A stretch of 61,844 nt of DNA, the filler included. It is 5 parts of 5 records of this genome, joined end to end, with 100 filler letters (N's around TTAATTAATTAA, not from the genome) between each part and the next. Parts side by side here need not be neighbours in the genome. Positions count along the whole stretch, not along the records: positions 12,054 to 29,474 come from SRR20825010_3394; positions 29,575 to 42,853 come from SRR20825010_3409; 3 more parts are not named here. One strand, 5' to 3'. Both the position numbers and the translations under genes were made by a program. Shown here one piece after another: positions 29,000 to 38,657 of this stretch. Numbering within the stretch: the stretch's first letter is position 1; the number at the start of each line of letters is the position of its first letter. The notes under the pieces are model-generated. The model saw nothing but the letters and a program-made list of their open reading frames with translations. It made no database searches and was not told the origin of the DNA.

Positions 29000-29474
29000 C
29001 TACTGCTCCCTCTCCCATTCCGGTGGTTTCCATAGATGTTTCAGGCGTTGTGTTAGTGGTCCTTTCTGGCCGATAGCCCGGAACATGTCCACGTATTCGT
29101 GGCACCAGTTCACCACCAGGCTGTTGCTGTACACCGGGCGGGTGATGCCGTATTCCACCGGTTGGTCGTCTTTTTCTTCCACAAAGGTGCCGAACAGGCG
29201 GTCCCAGATGATGAAAACGCCCGCGTAGTTCCGGTCGATATATTCCGGATTGCGGCCGTGGTGTACCCGGTGGTGGCTCGGCGTATTGAAGATATATTCG
29301 ATGGCCGGGTGCAGTTTGCCCACCAGGGTGGTGTGGATGAAATACTGGTACACCAGCGACAGTGCATAGCACACCCCTATCCATACCGGGTTGTAACCGA
29401 GAAAGGCCAGCGGCACATAGAACAACCAGCCGCCGTTGAAAATGTTGGTGGCATTCTGGCGCATGGCGGTGGAG
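29000..29474 (-). CDS. Sterol desaturase / fatty acid hydroxylase family, 5' truncated
   Basis: YQYFIHT, NTPSHHRVHHG, NYAG..IIWDRLFGTF. Confidence 0.9.
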
Positions 29475-29574
29475 NNNNNNNNNNNNNNNNNNNNNNNNNN
29501 NNNNNNNNNNNNNNNNNNTTAATTAATTAANNNNNNNNNNNNNNNNNNNNNNNNNNNNNNNNNNNNNNNNNNNN
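29475..29574. other. Artificial contig spacer
   Basis: N44-TTAATTAATTAA-N44. Confidence 0.99.
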
Positions 29575-30044
29575 GTCCGGTCGTCCATTACCTGGAAATG
29601 CGGCGGCAGGCCGGCTTCCAGCGGAAAGCGCTTCAGAACGGCCTGGCAGAAAGCATGAATGGTCTGGATCTTCAGGCCTCCCGGCGTGTCGAGCGTGCGG
29701 GCAAACAGACGCCGGGCAAGGGCGATCTGGTCCTGCATCGGCTGCCGTCCGAGCAAGCGATCGAGCTGGCCACTGAGATCCGTCTCACCGATGACGGCCC
29801 ACTCGGAGAGCTTCGCCGATATCCGCGCGGACATCTCCGCCGCCGCCGCCTTGGTGAAGGTCAGGCAGAGGATGCGACCCGGATCGGCACCCGCCAGCAG
29901 CAGGTTCAGCACCCGGTCCGTCAGCACCTTGGTCTTGCCGGTTCCGGCGGACGCCGCAACCCAGACCGAGGCGGCGGGATCGGCAGCCCGGCGCTGGGCC
30001 CGGTCAGCCTCGGCGATCACCGCATTCGGATCATGCTCCGCCAT
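29575..30044 (-). CDS. addA: Double-strand break repair helicase AddA, 3' truncated
   Basis: ASAGTGKT Walker A, LTFTKAAAAEM, IQTIHAFC; directly after addB. Confidence 0.95.
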
Positions 30045-30047
30045 CGC

Positions 30048-33041
30048 CTAAACCTCCCCCGCCGCAGACCATTCCTTGACCCGGGCCAGATGCTCGTAGT
30101 CGGAATAGCGCGGGGCGTGTTCGGGGGCAGGACGGGATCGGTAGGGCGTCACGGGGTCATCGAAAGCCTCAATCAATTTCAGCAGCCCATCTTCTGCTTC
30201 TTCGATCAGCTCTTCCAGATTGCCTTTCAGGGGTTTGCGCTCGCCTGCTGGCTCCCCCCCACTCAGCCGCCAATACTCCAGCGCACCGATGGCACCTGCC
30301 GGAATTTCCGCGAAACCATCCATGGCCAGCATCATCGCTTCCAGCGGAAGCTGCGGAGAAAGCCCAGCCCGGACCTGCTTGTCGGTCGGTGGAGCCCCAG
30401 TCTTGTAATCGACGATGACGTAGCTACCATCTGCCTGCCGTTCGATCCGGTCCGCCTTGCAGGTCAGCTCGACCGGTGCGAGAGGGCCGCGGATCATGAT
30501 CTGCCCCTTGCGTTCGGTCCAGATCCGGGAAAGTTCGGCACGGCGCGGGCCGTCCATAGACATGACCCATTCCGCGATCCGCTCGAAGCGCGGCCACCAG
30601 AAGGCATGTACCGAGGGGCGAAGCATGGCCGGAGCGAACTGTTCCCGGCCGATCTCCAGCAATCGATCCAGGGCCTTTGGCGGAAGCTCTTCCGGGAACT
30701 CGCGGACAAACAGATCCAGCGAATCATGGATCATCGTGCCCCGGTCCGCAGCTCCCGGATCCTCGTCGATCTCATCCAGACTTTTCAGGCCAAGAATGCG
30801 CTTTGCATAAATCGCGTAAGGATCGCGCACCCAGGTTTCGATCTCCGTGACGGAGAACCGCCGTGGCCGTACCTTGACCGGTGGGCAGGGCGCGGGAGGA
30901 CGAACCGGCTCCAGTTTTTTCGGTGCGTCCAGTGCCTGCTGCCAGAACGGATAGGCGGCCACCTGCCGGCCGATCTTGTCTTGCAGGCTCAATGCCCGGA
31001 GGACCGTCTCCATACGCAGCCACCAGCGCGACGCGACAGTCGGCGCACCATCGACCCGCTCCGCCCGGGTCAGCACCACCTGGGGCGCCGAAGCCGCCAT
31101 CTGGAAATCGTGCGCGGAAAGACCGATGCGGCGCTCCGGCGACGGCAGACCGAACTCGGCCCGCATCGGGCGGCTCATCCAGGGATCGGCGCCGGGATCC
31201 GGCGGCCAGGTGCCTTCGTTCAACCCGCCGAGAACCATCAGATCGAATTGCTGCAGCCGGCCTTCGAGCGGGCCGAGAATGGCCAGACGCGGATGCGTGC
31301 CGTATCGCGGACGATGGACCCGGCCGACCAGCAAGGCCTCCAGGAACGCACCATAGGACCGGCCCTCTATGGCCGGGAAGTCACGCACGGCCTCGACCAG
31401 CTCACCAAGGAAGTTGGCTGCGTCCTCGCCCGCCTCTCCGGCCCAGAGCCTGCGGTCGCCGGTTTCCTCATTCGTTGCCGCCAGCGTTTCAGCCACGGCG
31501 TTGTGGGCGGAAAGCAGATCGATCAGGGAGGTCGCGTCGCTGTCCAGCAGTTCCGAGAAATGCGTGACGGATGGCGCCAGCCTGCCGATCCAGTCAAGCG
31601 CATCCTGCTGTTCCTCTTCAGAGTACGCGTCGCGCACCGCATTCAGCAGTCCCTCGATACCCGGCGCCGGGCGCGGGCCACGCAAGACAGTGCGCTCCAA
31701 TGTGCGGACCCGGCGGCGGAAACGTGGGGTCTCCATACCGCCTGCGGCAAGCGGATGTTTCAGCGCCGCAAGCAGCGGCACCGGGGCACAGGCGGTGGCC
31801 GCCATTTCGGCGGTTGCCAGCCAGAAGGTCATCGGGCCCGTCGCCGCCAACGGTTGGCCGGCGGAATCGTCAACCTCTATATCCCAGCGCCGGAGCGCCG
31901 ATTTCACCCGGCGCGCCAGCACCCGGTCGGGCGTTACCAACGCCGCCGTCCGGGTCTCGTCCTCCAATGCTTCGCGGAGCATCAGGGCAATGGTTTCCGC
32001 TTCCTCGTGATGGCCGGGACAGGCCAGCATGGACAGGCCGTCAATACCGCCGGACAGAAGCTCCGCATGCTCTTCCGGGAGCCGCCGCCAGGCCTCCGTC
32101 GTCTCCGCCGGGCGCAGGGTCTCCTGAATCAGACGGCGGCGCGGCGACCGCGCGGCACCGGTGCCCGATGCCGGCCATTCGCGCACATCCGACCGCTCGC
32201 GGCCGAGACTCTTCAATAGATGAGCCAGTCCGTGCTGTGCATGGCCCGGGTCCTGTCCGATGGCGGCCCAGGTTATCTCATCCGCATCCCGGTCCAGCCC
32301 CGGCAGCACCACGGCACCGAGCGGCAGGTCCAGCACCGCGCCCATCAGGCGTGCGGTGGCCGGAATACTACCGGTAGATCCGGCGACGATGACAGGATCT
32401 TCCGGCGGCTGTTCCGCCCAGCGTGCCGAGAGCCGATCAACAAGAGCGGAATGCCGGAGCGGTGCTTCCACCGCCCCTTCCTCTGCTAATAGAGCCGGCC
32501 AGAATTCGGTGGCAATGGAGAGAAACTCCAGCACTTCCTGCCAGTGCGATGCGTAACGCTCCTTCGCCAGATCGGCGAGGCCCGCATAGGGTACCTGCTC
32601 GGTATGGACCTGATCGAGAAAGTTGGCGAGCTCGCCCGCCAGCAATGCCGCATGGTCGATCCCGGCGGCCTGGATAGCGGTGCCGCTGTCCTTGCGTTCA
32701 AGAAAACGCTGAACCAGCTGAGTCAGCAGAAGTTGGCGACGCAGACCCGGAATGGCAGGCGGCAGATCACCGGCAGCAGCGGCACCGTCCAGCCCGCTGA
32801 ATCCCGCCTCGTCATCGTCGATATCGCCAACGGGACGCAGCGCGGGCAGCAGCATCGGACGGCCATTGCCGAGACGAAGAAAACTTTCGCGAAGGGTACG
32901 GACCGCACGGCGGGTCGGTACCAGGACGGACATCCGGGCGAGGACCATCGGATCCTCTCCTGCCTCATGCCAGAGCCCCCGCGCCAGCGTGTCGGCGAAA
33001 CCGTCCGTCGCCTCGATGGCGTAGAGCCCGCCGACACTCAT
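30048..33041 (-). CDS. addB: Double-strand break repair protein AddB
   Basis: PTRRA, AGSTGSIPATA, LVTPDR, RDPYAIYA, ADRIE..DYKTG, PQLPLEA. Confidence 0.95.
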   Translation of the reverse strand: MSVGGLYAIEATDGFADTLARGLWHEAGEDPMVLARMSVLVPTRRAVRTLRESFLRLGNGRPMLLPALRPVGDIDDDEAGFSGLDGAAAAGDLPPAIPGLRRQLLLTQLVQRFLERKDSGTAIQAAGIDHAALLAGELANFLDQVHTEQVPYAGLADLAKERYASHWQEVLEFLSIATEFWPALLAEEGAVEAPLRHSALVDRLSARWAEQPPEDPVIVAGSTGSIPATARLMGAVLDLPLGAVVLPGLDRDADEITWAAIGQDPGHAQHGLAHLLKSLGRERSDVREWPASGTGAARSPRRRLIQETLRPAETTEAWRRLPEEHAELLSGGIDGLSMLACPGHHEEAETIALMLREALEDETRTAALVTPDRVLARRVKSALRRWDIEVDDSAGQPLAATGPMTFWLATAEMAATACAPVPLLAALKHPLAAGGMETPRFRRRVRTLERTVLRGPRPAPGIEGLLNAVRDAYSEEEQQDALDWIGRLAPSVTHFSELLDSDATSLIDLLSAHNAVAETLAATNEETGDRRLWAGEAGEDAANFLGELVEAVRDFPAIEGRSYGAFLEALLVGRVHRPRYGTHPRLAILGPLEGRLQQFDLMVLGGLNEGTWPPDPGADPWMSRPMRAEFGLPSPERRIGLSAHDFQMAASAPQVVLTRAERVDGAPTVASRWWLRMETVLRALSLQDKIGRQVAAYPFWQQALDAPKKLEPVRPPAPCPPVKVRPRRFSVTEIETWVRDPYAIYAKRILGLKSLDEIDEDPGAADRGTMIHDSLDLFVREFPEELPPKALDRLLEIGREQFAPAMLRPSVHAFWWPRFERIAEWVMSMDGPRRAELSRIWTERKGQIMIRGPLAPVELTCKADRIERQADGSYVIVDYKTGAPPTDKQVRAGLSPQLPLEAMMLAMDGFAEIPAGAIGALEYWRLSGGEPAGERKPLKGNLEELIEEAEDGLLKLIEAFDDPVTPYRSRPAPEHAPRYSDYEHLARVKEWSAAGEV

Positions 33042-33064
33042 GCCGCCTCCCTTGTTACCGGACC

Positions 33065-33829
33065 TCAGAAGAAAGGCACATCGGGCACATGCCCTTGCGC
33101 GAAAAGCTTCCGCGCCTGCTCCAGATCCTCGATCGTGCTGATATGATACCAGAGCCCGTCATGCAGGGCACCGTAGAGGCGCTCTGACTCCTCGGCCCTG
33201 TCATAGAGCAGGTTCAGAGAGAAAGCACCGTCCGGCGCACCGTCGAACAGGCGCGGATGCAGGATCGAGGCGCCCATATAGGTATAGGGTGCAACCCGTC
33301 TCTCTTCCCGGCGGGTCAAATTACCCATCGGCCCCATGGTGAAGTCCCCCCTGCCGAGGGAGCCCGAGACGCGGGAAGAAGGATGCAGCAGTAACAGCGC
33401 ATCCATGGTTTCCGCATGCCAGGCCTCGGCCAGTCTCTCCAGCGTCGGCTTCATCGCATCGACCCAGAGGCTGTCGCCGTTGATCACGAAGAACGGCGCC
33501 GACCCGAGCAGCGGCAGGGCATTTACAACGCCACCGCCGGTATCGAGCAGGCTGTCCTCACGGCTGATGACAATTTCCACATCCGTCCGGCCGGCAAGAT
33601 GCGCTTCGATCTGCTCGCCGAGATGGAAGACATTCACCACCACGCGCTTCACACCGACTGCGACCAGCCGCTCCAGGATATGGTCGATCAGCGGCTTGCC
33701 GTCGACTTCGGTCAGCGGTTTCGGAATCTTGTCGGTCAGCGGCGCCAACCGCGTCCCCCGTCCGGCTGCGAGGATCATTGCAGTCTCGGGGATCGTCGTC
33801 TTTTTGGTCTTAAGGCGGGTCAGCAGCAT
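33065..33829 (-). CDS. murU: Nucleotidyltransferase (MurU-like)
   Basis: AMILAAGRGTRLAPLT..PKPL, LDTGGG, INGD; adjacent to amgK. Confidence 0.8.
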   Translation of the reverse strand: MLLTRLKTKKTTIPETAMILAAGRGTRLAPLTDKIPKPLTEVDGKPLIDHILERLVAVGVKRVVVNVFHLGEQIEAHLAGRTDVEIVISREDSLLDTGGGVVNALPLLGSAPFFVINGDSLWVDAMKPTLERLAEAWHAETMDALLLLHPSSRVSGSLGRGDFTMGPMGNLTRREERRVAPYTYMGASILHPRLFDGAPDGAFSLNLLYDRAEESERLYGALHDGLWYHISTIEDLEQARKLFAQGHVPDVPFF

Positions 33830-33845
33830 GGTGGTCGGAACTTCC

Positions 33846-34883
33846 TCAGGCAGCGCATCCGCCCGGCGGCGGTGTCACGCGATGGGACTCTGGCACGTGT
33901 TTTTCGATCCATTCCCGGACGGGTGCAAGAGACTCGTCGGATAAATTCTCCAGAGCCAGCCTCCAGAGCCGCGGCATATGCACCAGATAGCCGTGTTTGC
34001 CATAGAGCACCGTCTGACGCGCGAAGATTCCCAGCACCTTGAAATGACGCTGCGCGCCAAGCACGCGGTAGGAACTGAGGAAGGCTTCCCGGTCCTCGAT
34101 CTCCGGCATAGCGGCGAGGTAACGTTCCGTGACCGACGAGATGACAGCCTCCGGAATGTCCCGGCGGCAATCCTGCAGCAGCGATACGAGGTCATAACTG
34201 GCCGGGCCGGTCACCGCGTCCTGAAAATCCAGCAAACCGCAGGCGGCAATGCCCGAGCGGTCCGGAAGCAGCATGATGTTGTCGACATGGTAATCCCGGA
34301 GAACGAGTACTTCCGCGCCGCAACGGGCGGCAGGCAGGCAGGCCCGCCATGCATCGGCGAAGGCTTCGCGGGCCGCATCGTCGATCTCAAGTCCGACACC
34401 GGGGCGGAGATACCAGTCGACGAACAGCATCACCTCCTGCAGCAGCTTTTCGTCGCTGTAGGCCGGCACCCGTTCCGCAACACCATCAAGCCCGCGCTTT
34501 GCCAGGTCCGTCAGCAGATCCGCCGCCAGATCATAGAGGGCGCCCTCATCCTCGCCCGCAGCGAGTGCACGGGTGTAGGTGATATCGCCCAGATCCTCCA
34601 GCAGCAGAAATCCATCCGTCTGATCGGCGGCCAACAGGCGCGGAACGCTGTAGCCGAAACCGGAGAGGATTTCGCCCACGGCAACGAATGGCCGGACGTC
34701 TTCCTTTTCCGGCGGGGCATCCATGACGATCGCGGTTTGACCGTCAGCACGCTTCAGCCGGAAGTAGCGCCGGAACGAGGCGTCAGCCGCGAGCAGCACT
34801 TCCTCTGCGTCTCCCCAACCTGCGCCCTGCCAGAACGCGCGCCGGACCGTGTCTCTCATATCCGCAGCATTCGCATTCATCAT
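33846..34883 (-). CDS. amgK: Aminoglycoside-phosphotransferase-fold anomeric MurNAc/GlcNAc kinase (AmgK-like)
   Basis: DASFRRYFR, MDAPP, LEDLGD, RDYHVDN, LDFQDA, LLQD. Confidence 0.85.
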   Translation of the reverse strand: MMNANAADMRDTVRRAFWQGAGWGDAEEVLLAADASFRRYFRLKRADGQTAIVMDAPPEKEDVRPFVAVGEILSGFGYSVPRLLAADQTDGFLLLEDLGDITYTRALAAGEDEGALYDLAADLLTDLAKRGLDGVAERVPAYSDEKLLQEVMLFVDWYLRPGVGLEIDDAAREAFADAWRACLPAARCGAEVLVLRDYHVDNIMLLPDRSGIAACGLLDFQDAVTGPASYDLVSLLQDCRRDIPEAVISSVTERYLAAMPEIEDREAFLSSYRVLGAQRHFKVLGIFARQTVLYGKHGYLVHMPRLWRLALENLSDESLAPVREWIEKHVPESHRVTPPPGGCAA

Positions 34884-35413
34884 CAAGTCCACGCCAGCTC
34901 CATTCCGGCTTCCTCGCAAGCGGCGGCAAAAGCCGGGCGCCATGTGTCCGGAACCCGCGCCGTAACCCGGCGCGCTTCCGGTCCTGCGGCTTTATCCGCT
35001 GCGAAGTCGAAAATCAATTCAATGGCGTCCTTCGGGGCAAAGGGGCCGAGACGGTCCGGCCATTCGACAAGACAGATCGCCGTGCCGAAGGCTTCATCCA
35101 GCCCGAGCTCGAGAACTTCATCCGGATCGCCGAGCCGATAGAGATCGGCATGCCAAACCTCCAGCTCGACCCCGTCACGATCAAGCGGGCCATATTGCTG
35201 CACCAGGGTGAAGGTCGGACTGGGCACTTCTTCCTCCGCCCCCATCAACGCGCGCACGAAGGCGCGGGCGAAGGTCGACTTACCGGCGCCGAGTCCTCCT
35301 GAAAGCAGAAAAACGCCGCCCGGAGCGGCAAAGCCCGCACACGCGCGGGCCAGGCCCTCCGTTGCAGATTGCCCGTTAAGCTCAAGGCGCGCCTCGGCAA
35401 CACCTGCCGTCAT
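34883..35413 (-). CDS. tsaE: tRNA threonylcarbamoyladenosine biosynthesis ATPase
   Basis: GLGAGKST, VPSPTFTLVQ, HADLYRL, VEWP. Confidence 0.95.
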   Translation of the reverse strand: MTAGVAEARLELNGQSATEGLARACAGFAAPGGVFLLSGGLGAGKSTFARAFVRALMGAEEEVPSPTFTLVQQYGPLDRDGVELEVWHADLYRLGDPDEVLELGLDEAFGTAICLVEWPDRLGPFAPKDAIELIFDFAADKAAGPEARRVTARVPDTWRPAFAAACEEAGMELAWT

Positions 35414-37902
35414 AGGATCAGCTCATCCGCCAGGGCTGAAGCCGCCCCCGGCGTTACGGCGTGGCGCGGAAGACGGCACTGGATACACAACCCGGCACCC
35501 TCAACCGGCTTCACCGACATGGATCCGCCATGCAATTCGACCAGCCGCCGTACCAGCGGCAGCGCCAGATCCGGCCCCTGTGCCCTGCCGCCCCGATCCG
35601 GCCCGGAGAAAGCCTCGAAAATCAGGTTGCGCATCTCTTCGGGCACGCCGCTGCCATCATCCGTGACGGCAAACAGAATGCTGTCGCCTTCCGCGCGAAC
35701 AGAGAGATTGATCCGCTCCCCTTGCGACGTGAATTGCAGTGCACTGGACATCAGATTGAACAGGATTTGCCGGAGCCGGCGGTCATCCGCCTCGATCACG
35801 CTCACCGCCTCGTCGAGATCGATCACGATCTCGACACCCTGACTGCGAGCCCGTTCCTCGATCAGCAACACCGCCGCATCGGCAACCTCCCGGACATTGA
35901 GTTCCCGGGGCTCGAGTGTCAGATAACCAGCCTCGATGGAGGCAAGATCAATGATATTGCCGATCAGTGCAGAGAGACGGCCTGAAGATTCGAGAATGGC
36001 TTTCAGATATTCACTCTGCTTCTCGCTGACCTCGCCGACATAGCCATCGTTGAGCATCTCGGCAAATCCGATGATCGCATTGAGCGGCGTGCGCAGCTCG
36101 TAGGATACATTGGCAATGAACTCGCTCTTCAGCCGGTCTGCGGTTTCCAGAGCCTCGTTCCGGTCCTGCAATGCGCGCTGCACATTCAGCGTATCCGTCA
36201 CATCCAGGAAATTGACCAGCGTCGCGCCATCCGGGAGCGGGACGAAGGAATATTCGAGCGCGGTTCCGTCCGGCCGTTCGGTACGGCCATGCTCGGACAC
36301 CCTGTCGGCGAACCGGGCGGCGAATTCCTGTTTGTAATCGTCCCAATCCCGCTCCTCCAGGACCGGAAAGAGGGGGCGCATCGCGTCAAGAACGTCCGAA
36401 ACATGCAGCGACTGATCCCGGAATTCCGGATCGAGATCCCACATACTGAGGAAGGTCGGATTGGACAGCGTCATCCGCCCGTCCGCCCCGAACACGACAA
36501 CGCCTTCGGCAAGATTGTCGATGGTCTCGCGCTGCACCTCGTTCAGCGTATTGTAACTCCGCTCCAAAGCCAGCCTGTCCGTTACATCCTCGAAGGTCAG
36601 GAACAGACCGCCGAAAGGATGCGACATCACCACCATGCGGAGCGTGCGGTCGTCCGGCAGGAAAAAGAAATCTTCCATCGGATCGATCAGGCGGGTGAAA
36701 AGCCCGTTCCAATGATCCCGGTAAGCCCGGAAATCCGATTGTTCCGGCAGCCGGCGCAATTCCCGGAGCAATTCGAGGAATTCAGTTATGGTCGGGTCCG
36801 CATCGAGTTGCGCCGGATCGACCTGCCAGAGATCGGCAAAGGCACTGTTGAAGAATTTCAGACGCTTGTCCGGGCCGAAAATCGCGATCGCCGTGGTCAG
36901 GCCTTCGAGCACATCCTCATGCGCAGCGATATGCCGCGCGATCTCGGCCTGCGCTTCCTCGAGGGAGGTGACATCCGTGGCCCAGCCGACAGTCCCGCGT
37001 GCATCCGGGCTCGGCGCCTCGGTCACCTCGAAGAGCCTGCGCTCGCCATCGACAACGATAAAGCGGCTTTCCGAATAGAGCGCCCCGAGCCGTCGGGCGC
37101 GCCGCGAGGTATCGCGCGCCGGTTCCGAATCCAGATCGATGACATCGGCGGCGATATTCGCAAAGCGAATATGCAGGTTTTCGTCGCGCCGCCAGAACGG
37201 AATGGTCTGCAAATTGATGGACGCCAGAAGATCCTCGTTCCGGCGCCTTCTGCTGCGCGCCTCCTCTTCCGCGATCACCCGGCTTTGGGATTCTTCCGAA
37301 ATATCGACCAGCGCGATAGCCGCCCGCGGAGACACCCCGGTTCCCGCCTCCACCGGAACGCCCGAAATCCTGAGAACACGGGAGCTGTTCCGAATCTCGG
37401 TCACAAAGGAAAAGGCTTTCCCTTCAGCCATCAGGGTCCGGACAACGGATTCCAGCGTGGCCCCCGCGCCGTCGGCGAGATAACCGGCCATATCGTTGAT
37501 CGTGCGCAGCCGCTCCGCATCGGCGCGCAGCAGTGTGCCGACAGACGGGCTGACGTAGCGCAGCACCGACCCGCTTCCGGCCGCACCATCCGTGATCATC
37601 CCGATCACGCCGATATGAGGCACCTGCAATGCCGCATCACGCCCGTCGAGAGCCGCGGCGAGCGCATCCCGCTCTGCCCGCAAGGCGTTGAAACGCCGCC
37701 GGTATAATATCTGGGTGACGATCAGAGCTATGGCGGATGCGAGCAGAAACGAGAAAATCACCGCCATGAGCGGATTCATGGAGATGCTGATGGAGAGATT
37801 ATCCATCGCTTCCTTATTTACCGCATGCGCGGCAGGGCTCATGACAGCCAGACCAAAGGCCGTCATGAGCAAAACCCGGAAGCGGAACGCATATCTTCTC
37901 AT
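35410..37902 (-). CDS. divL: Multi-PAS atypical histidine kinase DivL
   Basis: H-box reads NVSYELRTPL (Tyr in place of His); PAS repeats; degenerate G-boxes (GPDLAL); upstream of tsaE; start uncertain. Confidence 0.85.
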   Translation of the reverse strand: MRRYAFRFRVLLMTAFGLAVMSPAAHAVNKEAMDNLSISISMNPLMAVIFSFLLASAIALIVTQILYRRRFNALRAERDALAAALDGRDAALQVPHIGVIGMITDGAAGSGSVLRYVSPSVGTLLRADAERLRTINDMAGYLADGAGATLESVVRTLMAEGKAFSFVTEIRNSSRVLRISGVPVEAGTGVSPRAAIALVDISEESQSRVIAEEEARSRRRRNEDLLASINLQTIPFWRRDENLHIRFANIAADVIDLDSEPARDTSRRARRLGALYSESRFIVVDGERRLFEVTEAPSPDARGTVGWATDVTSLEEAQAEIARHIAAHEDVLEGLTTAIAIFGPDKRLKFFNSAFADLWQVDPAQLDADPTITEFLELLRELRRLPEQSDFRAYRDHWNGLFTRLIDPMEDFFFLPDDRTLRMVVMSHPFGGLFLTFEDVTDRLALERSYNTLNEVQRETIDNLAEGVVVFGADGRMTLSNPTFLSMWDLDPEFRDQSLHVSDVLDAMRPLFPVLEERDWDDYKQEFAARFADRVSEHGRTERPDGTALEYSFVPLPDGATLVNFLDVTDTLNVQRALQDRNEALETADRLKSEFIANVSYELRTPLNAIIGFAEMLNDGYVGEVSEKQSEYLKAILESSGRLSALIGNIIDLASIEAGYLTLEPRELNVREVADAAVLLIEERARSQGVEIVIDLDEAVSVIEADDRRLRQILFNLMSSALQFTSQGERINLSVRAEGDSILFAVTDDGSGVPEEMRNLIFEAFSGPDRGGRAQGPDLALPLVRRLVELHGGSMSVKPVEGAGLCIQCRLPRHAVTPGAASALADELIL

Positions 37903-37955
37903 GCGAGCCAGAGTACGCGCGCGGCAACCCTCGCTCAAGTAAAGACGCCCGGCGC

Positions 37956-38636
37956 TTATCGGTTGTTTCCAAATAGGAATCCGTAAATCGTCCGGTCCAG
38001 ACTGACCCCGTCGATTCCGGCATCCTCCAGCGCCTCGGCAAGACCATCATTGGCATCACGTACCGCTGCCTCCGTGGCGCCATCCAGCAGCACGACCCAC
38101 TCCGGGGTCTGCCCCGGCGGCACTGGCTTACCCTGTGCCACCAGACCGGCGTTACTGACATCGATATTGTTCTCGGCAAGACAGCCGCCAAGCATGTTCA
38201 AACGCTTGCCCAGCTCAGGCAGCACAGCCGTCTTGAGACTTTCGCGCAGCCGGTCCCGCACGCCTTCTTCCGGGAACAGGCGCGTCACCCCCAGCCAGCC
38301 GCACACCCCGTGAGTCTGATCGATGGTGATATCGGCCGTTAGCCGGTCAAACTTGGTGAATCCCGCCATGACCTTCTGGCTCCACTCACTCTGCACTGCG
38401 AGCCGGGCCATATAATCCGGGTCCGCCAGATCCTGCACCGTGCCGGTCTCGTAGCTGGCGAAATATTTCACCCGGGCATCGGCATCCGCCGCGACATAAC
38501 GCCGGGCACGGTGAAAACCGGGCATCCAGACGCGCTCATCGATATGCTCGCGATTGTACCACTCGTTGTATTCGTCCTCGTCTTCCGGCGCGACCTCGGT
38601 GAAGGTCATCAGCATACCGGTTCCATACAAACCCAT
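37956..38636 (-). CDS. Hypothetical protein, dimeric alpha-beta barrel (EthD/DUF4286-like)
   Basis: EYNEWYNREHIDERVWMPGFHRARRY and KYFASYE pattern. Confidence 0.6.
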   Translation of the reverse strand: MGLYGTGMLMTFTEVAPEDEDEYNEWYNREHIDERVWMPGFHRARRYVAADADARVKYFASYETGTVQDLADPDYMARLAVQSEWSQKVMAGFTKFDRLTADITIDQTHGVCGWLGVTRLFPEEGVRDRLRESLKTAVLPELGKRLNMLGGCLAENNIDVSNAGLVAQGKPVPPGQTPEWVVLLDGATEAAVRDANDGLAEALEDAGIDGVSLDRTIYGFLFGNNR

Positions 38637-38657
38637 AATTCCCCTGGCTCCTGTTGT

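Noticed and set aside
29598-32219. 873-aa plus-strand ORF
   Set aside because: Antisense shadow of addA/addB in high-GC DNA; no recognisable motifs
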